The notes beneath the pieces were generated by a model. It was given only the letters and a program-made list of their open reading frames with translations, had not been told where the DNA came from and did not search any database. Below, one piece after another: positions 48,781 through 57,659 of a stretch of 64,000 nt of DNA (its first letter is position 1; each line of letters begins with the position of its first letter). The stretch is from Caldilineaceae bacterium. Lineage in GTDB: Bacteria > Chloroflexota > Anaerolineae > Caldilineales > Caldilineaceae. A program made the translations under genes and the position numbers. The stretch is from contig JAHDWH010000004.1 in NCBI GenBank assembly GCA_023384455.1, positions 834 through 64,833 of the forward strand. The letters run 5' to 3'.

Positions 48781-48881
48781 TAACTACCCAGGCCAGGAGA
48801 CCCATTCGGGGAATCGACCAGACCAATGCGGGGAATTCCAGATAGCTCCCGGTCGATTCCCCGAATGAGGTTGAGCAGTTA
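48781..48881 (+). mobile_element. MITE family 2, copy E2
   Basis: Aligns end to end with E1. Its terminus gttgagcagtTA resembles the family 1 terminus. Confidence 0.7.
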
Positions 48882-48885
48882 CGCC

Positions 48886-49013
48886 GACGCACTGCCATTT
48901 CGCGGTGTTGCAGAGCCATTTCGCGCTGACGCATTGTCATTCGGGTAGTGACGCACTGTCGTTCGGGAGCGTTACACTGCCGTTCGGGAGTGATGCAGAG
49001 TCATTTCGTCGCC
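48886..49013. repeat. Six tandem 21-22-bp units (GAYGCACTGYCRTTCGGGAGY); one further unit at 48459-48479 lies on the other side of the MITE complex
   Basis: Units begin at 48886, 48907, 48928, 48950, 48971 and 48992. Confidence 0.75.
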
Positions 49014-49024
49014 GCGCGCTCCTC

Positions 49025-51433
49025 TTATCGCTGCACTGCGGGCAAGAAGAGTTGATTAATCTGCACCACCACATCCACGGGCGTTGTGCGCCAGGCCGTG
49101 CCGTCACCTAGTTCATCGGAACTGTTCCTTCCCCAGCATTTGGCCCCCCCCGTCGTAGTAAGAGCGCAGGTATGCGCATCGCCACTGGTGATGGCGACTG
49201 CACCGCTTCCTAACCCTACTACATCGACCGGGGTATTGGTGTCGGTTGTCGTGCCGTCACCTACCTGCCCGAAGTGGTTCCATCCCCAACATTTAACTCC
49301 GCCTGTCACGGTCAAGGTACAGGTGTGAGAGCCGTTATTGCCGCCGCCAGCAACGATGGCGGTCATACCGCTGCCCATCCCCACTACATCTACCGGAGTA
49401 CTCTTGTCCACCAGCATACCGTCGCCCAATTGACCATTGTCGTTTCGTCCCCAGCACTTGGTCCCACCCGCCGTGGTCAGAGCACAAGTGTGAGATCTAC
49501 CAGCAGCAATGGCAATTGCCCCACTACCTAACCCCATAACATCCACCGGGGTACTCTTATCCACCAGCGTGCTGTCGCCTAGTTGGCCGTAGTCGTTGCG
49601 TCCCCAACACTTGACGCCACCTCCTATAATCAGAACGCATGTGTGAGAACCACCAGCGGCAATAGCAGACACACCACTGTCCAACCCCACTACATCCACC
49701 GGCGTACTCTTATCCACCAGCGTTCCATCGCCCAGTTGGCCGTAGTCGTTGCGCCCCCAGCATTTACCTCCGCCTACCGTACTCAGAGCGCAAGTGTGGG
49801 AATCGCTAGCGGAGATGGCGGCTATATCGCTGCTCAATCCCACCACACCCACCGGAGTGGCCACAAAATATCCCGCCGTGTCATTACCCACTTGACCTGA
49901 TGTGTTGATTCCCCAGCACTTAACCCCGCCCGCCGTACTCAGGGCGCAGGTATGGGAGTTGCCACCGACGATGGCAGCCACACCGCTACCTAACCCTACC
50001 ACATCCACCGGGGTATTCTTATTGGCTCTCGTGCCATCACCCAGTTGACCAGCCCAGTTGGCTCCCCAACATTGGACCCCACCCATCATACTCAGGGCGC
50101 AAGTATGAGCACCGCCACCGGCGATGGCGGCCACGCCGCTTCCCAGCCCAGCCACATCCGTTGGGGTACTCTTGTTCCCTCCTGTGCCATCACCCAGTTG
50201 GCCGTATCTGTTGCTCCCCCAACACTTAACACCGCTCGTCATAGTCAGGGCACAGGTGTGAAATCCGCCAGCGATAATAATGGTCACGTCGTCCAACCCA
50301 TTTACATCTACTGGGGTGATCTTGTTCGCTGTTGTGCCATCTCCCAATTGGCCACCTCTATTGTTTCCCCAACACTTACTCCCACCCGTCGTACTCAGGG
50401 CGCAAGTATGGGAGTAACCAGCAGTAATGGCGGTTATACCACTTCCCAAACCTATCACGTCTACCGGGCTCGACTTTAGCGTTGTCGTACCGTCACCTAA
50501 TTGCCCGGAACTATTGTATCCCCAGCACTTGACTCCGCCCGCTGTACTCAGAGCGCAGGTGTGGGCACTTTCCCAATCTCCCTTACCAACAGCAATGGCG
50601 GCCACGCCGCTGCCTAACCCTACCACACCCACTGGGGTGGTTTCGGGTCCTCCCGTTGTGCCGATGCCCAGTTGGCCGGAACCATTGACCCCCCAACACT
50701 TGACCCCACCTGCTGTACTCAGGGCACAGGTGTATAAGTAGCCAGCAGCAATGGCAGTCACACTGCTATCCAGGTTCACTACGCTCACCGGACTACTCTT
50801 ATCTACAATCGTGCCGTCGCCCAATTCACCAGCGAGGTTGTGTCCCCAGCACTTAACCCCACCCGCCGTGCTTAGGGCACAACTATGGGAGCCACTAAAA
50901 CCGCCTCCAGTAGCGATGGCAGTCACACCACTGCCCAGCCCCACCACATCCACTGGGGTGAATTTGTCTATCGTTGTGTTGTCACCAAGCTGACCGTAGC
51001 CGTTGTTTCCCCAACACTTGACCCCGCCTGCTATAGTTAGGGCGCAGGTGTGAGCGTAGCCAGCGGCGATGGCGGCCACACCACTGCCCAACCCGACTAC
51101 ATCCACCGGGGTATTCTTGTCCGACGTGCTGCCGTCACCCAGTTGGCCGAAATCGTTTCTTCCCCAGCACTTGACCCCGCCCGCCGTTGTCAGCGCACAG
51201 GTGTGGTTGCCACCAGCTACCACCTGCACAATGCCGTCCAGAGGAACTAACGCCTGGGGCTGGGATTGGGCATTGTCAGGCAGAGCAACTTCACTGGCCT
51301 GGAGGGACGACAGCGACCAGACCAGCCAAAGAGCAAGTGCAGTCAACAGCCCCAACAGGGCTATGGCTGACCAAACGATTTGCGACTTCGAGCCCGTTGT
51401 ACGTTGAGCGGAAGTGAGTGTCACAGAGCGCAT
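49025..51433 (-). CDS. Membrane-anchored RCC1-repeat (beta-propeller) protein with 14 repeats
   Basis: 14 occurrences of HTCAL...GG.KCWG.N..GQLGDG and an N-terminal TM segment IALLGLLTALALWLVW. Confidence 0.85.
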   Translation of the reverse strand: MRSVTLTSAQRTTGSKSQIVWSAIALLGLLTALALWLVWSLSSLQASEVALPDNAQSQPQALVPLDGIVQVVAGGNHTCALTTAGGVKCWGRNDFGQLGDGSTSDKNTPVDVVGLGSGVAAIAAGYAHTCALTIAGGVKCWGNNGYGQLGDNTTIDKFTPVDVVGLGSGVTAIATGGGFSGSHSCALSTAGGVKCWGHNLAGELGDGTIVDKSSPVSVVNLDSSVTAIAAGYLYTCALSTAGGVKCWGVNGSGQLGIGTTGGPETTPVGVVGLGSGVAAIAVGKGDWESAHTCALSTAGGVKCWGYNSSGQLGDGTTTLKSSPVDVIGLGSGITAITAGYSHTCALSTTGGSKCWGNNRGGQLGDGTTANKITPVDVNGLDDVTIIIAGGFHTCALTMTSGVKCWGSNRYGQLGDGTGGNKSTPTDVAGLGSGVAAIAGGGAHTCALSMMGGVQCWGANWAGQLGDGTRANKNTPVDVVGLGSGVAAIVGGNSHTCALSTAGGVKCWGINTSGQVGNDTAGYFVATPVGVVGLSSDIAAISASDSHTCALSTVGGGKCWGRNDYGQLGDGTLVDKSTPVDVVGLDSGVSAIAAGGSHTCVLIIGGGVKCWGRNDYGQLGDSTLVDKSTPVDVMGLGSGAIAIAAGRSHTCALTTAGGTKCWGRNDNGQLGDGMLVDKSTPVDVVGMGSGMTAIVAGGGNNGSHTCTLTVTGGVKCWGWNHFGQVGDGTTTDTNTPVDVVGLGSGAVAITSGDAHTCALTTTGGAKCWGRNSSDELGDGTAWRTTPVDVVVQINQLFLPAVQR

Positions 51434-51574
51434 AGAGTTCTCCCCTTCAAGAATAGGATTGGTACCGCTATGGAGGGCTTATGGCAGCGATGGAGAGAGG
51501 ATGGAAGCCCGAGGAAATTACATTCTCATTGTAAATCCGCCCGTCAGGTGTGTCAAGTGCAGCGCGTGCAGAGG

Positions 51575-51654
51575 ATGGGCAGGATCGCTGATTCCGGGAA
51601 TCGCCCAGACGTTCTTGGCTTTGCAGGCTGGATGTGGGCGATTCAAACCGTTAC
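51575..51654. mobile_element. Degenerate MITE family 2 remnant
   Basis: gattccgggaatcgcccagac .. gggcgattcaaaccgttac resembles the E1/E2 core and terminus. Confidence 0.4.
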
Positions 51655-51663
51655 CCAACCCCC

Positions 51664-51803
51664 AATGCAGACCTACTCTCCGAAGAGGATCAGCGCGCCA
51701 TCCACGAAACCCCTATTTGCTGGCGATTCCTGGTATGCGCGAGTCCATTCTGGAAGGAATGCAGACCCCCATCGACGAATGCAGCGATGAGGTGGTGTGG
51801 TGA
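51664..51803 (+). pseudogene. yefM: YefM/Phd antitoxin remnant: N-terminal half missing and a 1-nt frameshift at 51712-51714
   Basis: Frame 1 reads NADLLSEEDQRAIHET and frame 0 continues YLLAIPGMRESILEGMQTPIDECSDEVVW, then a stop. Confidence 0.6.
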
Positions 51804-52063
51804 GCTGGCGCGTGGTCTTTGCCCAACAGGCCCAAAAGGATGCAAAAAAACTCTCCGCTTCCGGTCTCCAAGCCAAAGCCGAGGAGTTGCTGGAACTTCT
51901 CCGCCAGAATCCCTATCAGAACCCGCCACCCTATGAAAAGCTGGTTGGCGATCTGGCCGGGGCCTGTTCCCGCCGTATCAACATTCAGCATCGCCTCGTC
52001 TATCAAATTCTGGAAGAAGAAGAGACTGTGAAAGTGCTCCGTCTGTGGAGCCATTACGAATGA
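51797..52063 (+). CDS. yoeB: YoeB/Txe-family toxin, apparently intact
   Basis: YEKLVG, SRRINIQHRLVY and a C-terminal WSHYE. The GTG start overlaps the antitoxin stop. Confidence 0.8.
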   Translation: MVSWRVVFAQQAQKDAKKLSASGLQAKAEELLELLRQNPYQNPPPYEKLVGDLAGACSRRINIQHRLVYQILEEEETVKVLRLWSHYE

Positions 52064-52259
52064 TCCGTAGACCGCAGACAGCGGACCGCAGACCGCTTCT
52101 TGCACCTTATCAGGTGCGGTCTGCCGTCAGTGGTCGGCGGTCTACAGGCAGTGCGGGCACGCCCATTTCCCCTCCCTCGAATGCAGGCGCGTACCTTCAC
52201 GCCTTTTGGGCACTTTCCCCTGGGGCGTTGAAAAGTTGCACCAAACAATTTCACTAACG

Positions 52260-52538
52260 CTAACGAGCAAAATCGTGCGTCTCCTGCATCACTCTTTCGC
52301 GCAGCCAGGTCTGGACAAGCATCTGATAAGGAATTCCGCGGCGTTCGGCGGCGTCCACGATAGCAGCGAAAAGATCGGTGCGCAGGCGCACGTCCAATGG
52401 CTTTGTTGTGAAATGGGTTCGCTTCACAACAAACGTCTCGTCAGCATCTTCCATTTCATCCATATACTCTGCCGTGTCGTGGGTGTCAACCCAGTCGGCC
52501 AGTTCTTCTTCCGTCCGAAATTCTGGTAGTTTGGGCAT
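52260..52538 (-). CDS. brnA: BrnA-type (CopG/RHH) antitoxin
   Basis: EEELADWVDTHD..VRLRTDLFAAIVDAAERRGIPYQMLVQTWLRERV. Confidence 0.75.
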   Translation of the reverse strand: MPKLPEFRTEEELADWVDTHDTAEYMDEMEDADETFVVKRTHFTTKPLDVRLRTDLFAAIVDAAERRGIPYQMLVQTWLRERVMQETHDFAR

Positions 52539-52563
52539 ACTGATCTTCTATTCTCCGATACAA

Positions 52564-52833
52564 CTATCGCTGTCGATACCTGCGTTTCTCAATAGGCGTC
52601 ATATCTCGGGCTGTGACTACACGTATGCGATTACCAGCCTTCGGCGCAAAGACGACTACCAGAAAACGTCCCTCATCCGTTTGTCCGTAAGCCAGATACT
52701 TTCCTTCGCCGCCCCGCTTCAACCGGGGTCTATTGGTAATTACTTCTTCCGCTTCGTAGGGTTCAACGCCGTGATTTGCAATGTGCTCAACGTTATCGTC
52801 GTCCCACCAAAATTCATCTTCCGGCATAGACAC
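52564..52833 (-). CDS. brnT: BrnT (DUF497) toxin
   Basis: FWWDDDNVEHIANHGVEPYEAEEV..RFLVVVF....IRVVTARDMTPIEKRRY. Confidence 0.8.
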   Translation of the reverse strand: MSMPEDEFWWDDDNVEHIANHGVEPYEAEEVITNRPRLKRGGEGKYLAYGQTDEGRFLVVVFAPKAGNRIRVVTARDMTPIEKRRYRQR

Positions 52834-52951
52834 CTCACCCTGTGCATTCGCATATCTGAAACAGATTATACCATAGGAATCTTTGCCCTGTGCTATAATG
52901 GCTTCTAAACCTCACAACGCGCGTACCTTCACTTCTTTTGGACACGACCCT

Positions 52952-55900
52952 ATGCAGAAGTCAAAAATCCAGTCCTGGTGCGAACATATCATCGAAGCGG
53001 GCTGGCTGGCCGCGTTGATTGTGGCCCCCCTCTTTTTCAATGTCTTTTCCAGCCGGGTCTTTGAACCCGACAAAATCAGCCTCGTCCGCTCCATTTCGCT
53101 GGTGATGCTCCTGGCCTATCTGGTGCGTCTGGCTGATGGCGGCCCTTTCTGGCTGCCTGCCCAGTCGTCCGGCCCAGAAAGTACAGCCACAGAGACGGAC
53201 AACCCGGCGCAAAAGCGGAGTGTGCTGGCGCGCTTTATCCACATCCCGTTGCTGCTTCCTCTGACCCTCCTCGTCCTGGCATACGCCATCAGCACGGCCC
53301 TGAGCGTGGCCCCGGCAGTCAGTTGGTGGGGGTCCTACCAGCGCTTGCAGGGCACCTACAGCTTCCTTAGCTACGTCATCATTGCTGTACTCACGGCAGC
53401 CCATCTGCGCCAACCGGAACAGCTACGCCGCCTGCAACATACAATTATCCTGACCAGCCTGCCCATTGCCGTCTACGGCATCATCCAGCACTACGCCATC
53501 GACCCCCTGCCCTGGGGCGGCGATGTGATCACCCGTGTCTCTGGCAACGCGGGCAACCCTATTTTTCTGGCCGCCCATCTGATCATCGCCCTTTTCCTGA
53601 CACTGGAGCGCATCTTCAGCAGCTTTGCCTTTCTGCTCAGCCCGGAAAATGGGCGGGATGCAGACTCCCCGCCGGTCCACGACATCCCCAGCGCGCTGGT
53701 GGGCGGTTCCTATCTGTTCATTTTTATCGTCCAACTACTGGCGATTTATTGGACCCAGAGCCGCGGCCCCTGGCTGGGGCTGGCTGCGGGGCTGTACGTC
53801 TTTGTCCTTCTGCTGATTACCGGTCTGCGCCCCAGGGGATACCGGGCCTGGACCGCGGGCTGGGTTGGGCTGGGTGTGGCTGGCGCGGCATTCCTGCTAT
53901 TGATCAACACAACCAATCTCTTTCCAGGGTTGGCGAGCGTGCCCAATTTGGGCCGCTTGACCACACTCCTGGCAATGGAGGGCAGCACAAACGAAGTCCG
54001 TCTGCTCATCTGGGGCGGCGTCTCGGAGATGATCACCCCCCACGACCCGCTGGTCTTTCCCGACGGCGAAGAGGATCGGGTCAATCTGATACGGCCTCTG
54101 GTCGGCTATGGCCCAGAGGCTATGTGGGTAGCTTTCAACAATTTCTACCCGCCCCGGCTGGCCCAGGTGGAGGCGCGCAACGCCAGCCCGGACCGTTCTC
54201 ACAACGAAACCTGGGACAGCCTGGCCATCACCGGCGGCTTTGGCTTTCTGGCCTACGTAGCCGTCTTTGTCTCCCTCTTCTATTGGGCGTTGCGCTGGCT
54301 GGGACTAATCACCTCCCGCCGGGACCTCTACCTCTTTCTGGGCTTCTGGCTGGGCGGAGGTATCCTGCTCAGCGCCATCTTTATCATCTCCGACGGGAGT
54401 TGGCGTTTCTTTGGCGTGGCTCTGCCCACAGGCTTTATCATCGGGCTGATCTTCTACGTAACCCTGGCCGTCTTTCTCCACCCGGAGGCCAAAATCGAGG
54501 GGGCCAACCGCCGACGCCAACTGCTGATCGTCGCGATTCTGGCCGCGATTGTGGCCCACTACGTGGAGATTCACTTTGGCATCGCCATCGCCGCCACCCG
54601 CACCTATTTCTGGATTCTCAGTGCGGTCCTGCTGGTGTTGGGGATGGGGTGGGTGGTTCCCGAGGCGTTTGCCGAGACACCCCAACCGGTGACCGCGGAA
54701 AAGAGCGGGCGCACTCTCCGCCGCTCCCGCACACGCACAGCCCCAGCCCAAAAGCGGGAGGAGGGCTTCTTCTCTGCCCTGCCGGCTACGGTCATGCCCG
54801 ACCTGCTGGTGATGCTGACGCTCGTCTATCTCTACACCACCAACTTCCAGGGGTCCAGCAGCCCCTTTGAGATTCTGACCCGCAGCCTGGCGACACGCAT
54901 GGCAGGGGGGCAGCCCGTGAGCAGCCCCGGCATCCTCTTTTTGATCCTCTTTACCTGGCTGATTATGACAGTCATCGGTCTTTCTGTGGCCGCGCTGCGC
55001 AGTGGCGAGGGAAGAACAGCCGGCTGGTGGCTGCGGGGATTCCTGCTCTATTCGGGGGTGCTGTGGGGTGGCTGGCTGATCTACGGGCTGATCCAGGCGG
55101 GACGGCTGGCCCCCGGCTCCGCAGGCAGCCAGCTCACAGAGCAACTCAGCCACATCGCCGGCCATTTCAGCCTCTACACCTGGCTGGTCGTCATTTGGAT
55201 CATCGCCGGGGGCACGGTCTTCGCCTGGGCCAACCTGACCGAAGCACGACGCAAGGCTATGTCCCGAGCCCTCGTCACCGTCTTCGGCGGCGCGGTTCTG
55301 GCGGTCATCACCTTTCTGATTGTGGGCAATGTCAACGTAGCCCTGGTGCGAGCCGATGTCTTCTACAAGCAGGGACAGCAGTTCGACAGCACCGGCGACT
55401 GGATCGGCAGCGTGGAACTCTATCGCCGCTCCCTGGCCGTGCGCCCCTCGGAAGATCACTATATGCTCTTTCTGGGGCGCAGCCTGCTGGAACAGGCCAA
55501 ACGGGCCCAGCCCGAAAGCCCGCTGACTATGCCAGCCGAGTTGACAGTACAGATGGTTCTGGGGCTGAGCGCCCAGGAAGTCTCGCAAATGAAGCAGGAA
55601 GACCTGCTGCGCGCCGCGGAGACGATTCTGCTGGAGGCCCAGCGGGTCAACCCGCTCAACACCGACCACACGGCCAACCTGGCCCGGCTCTACCGTAGCT
55701 GGGCCGATCTGGAAAGCGATCCCGCGGCCCGGGACCCGGCCCTGCAAAAGAGCCTGGCCTATTACGACACAGCCGTAATGCTCAGCCCCAACGCGGCCCA
55801 CCTGTGGAACGAGCGGGGAGCCACCCTGACACTGATGGGGCGCAGCGAAGACGCCGAAGCCGCCTATCTCCACAGCCTTTCCCTGGACGACCGTTTCGAG

Positions 55901-56563
55901 AACACCTATCTGCTGATGGCCGAATTCTACGAGCGCTCCGGGCAGTTAGAAAAATTGACCGATCTGCTGGAAAAGGGGCTGGAACTCATCCCCAACAGCA
56001 GCCAATTACGCAGCTTTCTGGGTGTCGTCCTGGCCCGCACCGGGGATATGCAAGGCGCGCTGGAGACCAATTTGAGCATTGTGGAGAAGAACCCCACGGA
56101 CCTGAACGCGGTGCGCAACCTGGCGATCCTCTACCGGGATATGGACCAGCCCGCGGACTCCATCCTGTGGGCAGAGCGGGCTGTGGAGTTGGCCGGCAGC
56201 GACACCAGCATTGCGCTGCCTATCCTGCGTCTGCTGGTGGAACTCTACAGCCGCCAGGGCCAGCCCGAAAAGGCGACCATCCAGTACGAACGGATGCGGG
56301 CGCTGGCCCCGCAGGATGCAGGTATCCTCAACACCCTGGCCTCCCTCTACATTCAGGAGCAGCGCTGGAACGAAACCATTCCCATCCTGCAGGAATTGAC
56401 AACGCTCGAACCGGCCAACTATCTCTATCCCCTGCAGATGGCCCAAATTTATGTCCAATTGGGCGATCCCAACACGGCCAAGAGCTTTGCTCAAAAGGCG
56501 CTGGAACTGGCCCCGGACGCGGAAAAGGCAGGGATTGAGCAATTTCTGGCAACACTGGGTTGA
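52952..56563 (+). CDS. O-antigen-ligase-like (Wzy_C) polytopic membrane protein fused to C-terminal TPR repeats
   Basis: Many TM segments, the loop SRGPWLGLAAG typical of O-antigen ligase-like proteins, and about 10 TPR units in the last 450 aa. Confidence 0.75.
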   Translation: MQKSKIQSWCEHIIEAGWLAALIVAPLFFNVFSSRVFEPDKISLVRSISLVMLLAYLVRLADGGPFWLPAQSSGPESTATETDNPAQKRSVLARFIHIPLLLPLTLLVLAYAISTALSVAPAVSWWGSYQRLQGTYSFLSYVIIAVLTAAHLRQPEQLRRLQHTIILTSLPIAVYGIIQHYAIDPLPWGGDVITRVSGNAGNPIFLAAHLIIALFLTLERIFSSFAFLLSPENGRDADSPPVHDIPSALVGGSYLFIFIVQLLAIYWTQSRGPWLGLAAGLYVFVLLLITGLRPRGYRAWTAGWVGLGVAGAAFLLLINTTNLFPGLASVPNLGRLTTLLAMEGSTNEVRLLIWGGVSEMITPHDPLVFPDGEEDRVNLIRPLVGYGPEAMWVAFNNFYPPRLAQVEARNASPDRSHNETWDSLAITGGFGFLAYVAVFVSLFYWALRWLGLITSRRDLYLFLGFWLGGGILLSAIFIISDGSWRFFGVALPTGFIIGLIFYVTLAVFLHPEAKIEGANRRRQLLIVAILAAIVAHYVEIHFGIAIAATRTYFWILSAVLLVLGMGWVVPEAFAETPQPVTAEKSGRTLRRSRTRTAPAQKREEGFFSALPATVMPDLLVMLTLVYLYTTNFQGSSSPFEILTRSLATRMAGGQPVSSPGILFLILFTWLIMTVIGLSVAALRSGEGRTAGWWLRGFLLYSGVLWGGWLIYGLIQAGRLAPGSAGSQLTEQLSHIAGHFSLYTWLVVIWIIAGGTVFAWANLTEARRKAMSRALVTVFGGAVLAVITFLIVGNVNVALVRADVFYKQGQQFDSTGDWIGSVELYRRSLAVRPSEDHYMLFLGRSLLEQAKRAQPESPLTMPAELTVQMVLGLSAQEVSQMKQEDLLRAAETILLEAQRVNPLNTDHTANLARLYRSWADLESDPAARDPALQKSLAYYDTAVMLSPNAAHLWNERGATLTLMGRSEDAEAAYLHSLSLDDRFENTYLLMAEFYERSGQLEKLTDLLEKGLELIPNSSQLRSFLGVVLARTGDMQGALETNLSIVEKNPTDLNAVRNLAILYRDMDQPADSILWAERAVELAGSDTSIALPILRLLVELYSRQGQPEKATIQYERMRALAPQDAGILNTLASLYIQEQRWNETIPILQELTTLEPANYLYPLQMAQIYVQLGDPNTAKSFAQKALELAPDAEKAGIEQFLATLG

Positions 56564-56566
56564 AAA

Positions 56567-56647
56567 TGATAAGGTGACAAGAAGAGGGTGACATAGCAGG
56601 CGCCTTGTCTCCTTGTCTCCTTGTCTCCTTGTCTCCTTATCACCCTC
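56567..56647. repeat. CCTTGTCT octamer array (x4-5) with an imperfect complementary arm upstream
   Basis: Array at 56603-42. gagggtga (56584-91) pairs with tcaccctc (56640-47). Confidence 0.6.
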
Positions 56648-56660
56648 GGAGTAGGAAGCC

Positions 56661-57659
56661 ATGACCCCATTCATTCTGATGGCCGCCAGCGCGCTGATCT
56701 TTGCCATCGGCGGGACGCCTGTAGCCCGTTGGGCAGCCCTGCGCCTGGGCATCATCGACCAGCCCGCGGCCCGCAAAATCCATATGGCCCCGGTGCCCCT
56801 GCTGGGCGGTGCCGCCATCTACGCCGCCTTTATCCTGGCCCTCTTCTTTTTTGGCGATCTCTTTTATGTCAACGAAGTGGTGGCAATCTTTATCGGAGCC
56901 AGCCTGTGCAGTCTGGTGGGCGTGCTGGACGACAAAAAGGGGCTGGGCAGCTACACGAAACTGGCTGTCCAGGCCCTGGCCGCGGGCGTCCTCATCTTTG
57001 GCGGGGTGCAGGTGCGCCTTTTTGGGAATTGGCTGGACATCGCCATCACCCTCTTTTGGGTCGTGGGAATCACCAACGCCTTCAATCTGCTGGACAATAT
57101 GGACGGTCTCTCCGGCGGGATCGCAATGATTGCCGCGGTCTTCTTCACCCTCTTTGCCGCGCTGAGCGACCAGTATCTGGTGGGGATTCTGGCCGCGGCC
57201 CTGGCCGGGGCCTGCGCCGGCTTTCTCGTCTACAATTGGAACCCGGCCCATATCTTTATGGGCGATACAGGCAGCCTCTTTCTGGGTTTTCTGCTGGCCG
57301 CGGTGGGCATCAAACTGCGCTTCCCCTCCAACAGCGTGGCCGTCACTTGGCTGATCCCCGTGCTGGTGCTGGGGCTGCCCATCTTCGACACGACCCTCGT
57401 CTTCATCAGCCGCCTGCGCCGGGGACTCAACCCCCTGACCGCAGCTGGAAAGGACCATCTGAGCCACCGGCTGGCCCGGCTCACAGGCAGCCGCCGGGAA
57501 GCCGTCCTCATCTGCTATCTCATCTCTGGGGCCATCGGCCTGGCCGCGGTCTTTCTCACCCAGGCCGTCCTCTCCGAAGCCATCGTCATTGGGCTGGGCC
57601 TCTTCCTCCTGGGCGTCAGCGCCGTCTGGTGGCTGGAGTTTCGCCAGGGCGGGGTATGA
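56661..57659 (+). CDS. MraY/WecA-family polyprenyl-phosphate N-acetylhexosamine-1-phosphate transferase
   Basis: [18 protein letters not shown] and [17 protein letters not shown] motifs. Confidence 0.85.
   Translation: MTPFILMAASALIFAIGGTPVARWAALRLGIIDQPAARKIHMAPVPLLGGAAIYAAFILALFFFGDLFYVNEVVAIFIGASLCSLVGVLDDKKGLGSYTKLAVQALAAGVLIFGGVQVRLFGNWLDIAITLFWVVGITNAFNLLDNMDGLSGGIAMIAAVFFTLFAALSDQYLVGILAAALAGACAGFLVYNWNPAHIFMGDTGSLFLGFLLAAVGIKLRFPSNSVAVTWLIPVLVLGLPIFDTTLVFISRLRRGLNPLTAAGKDHLSHRLARLTGSRREAVLICYLISGAIGLAAVFLTQAVLSEAIVIGLGLFLLGVSAVWWLEFRQGGV

Noticed and set aside
48601-49013. Possible CRISPR array (regular 20-21-bp periodicity) and CRISPR-repeat-like R45 core GTTGCGCCACGGGGGATGAAAAG at 43131, 43311 and 60561.
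   Set aside because: The tandem units are contiguous, with no unique spacers. The R45 copies are about 180 nt and 17 kb apart rather than regularly spaced, and no cas genes are present in the window.
56621-57655. Track ORF 56621-59317 read as a single 898-aa protein.
   Set aside because: Its first 345 aa are the WecA-like gene (56661-57659) read out of frame. The GT-C protein starts at the ATGA overlap at 57656.
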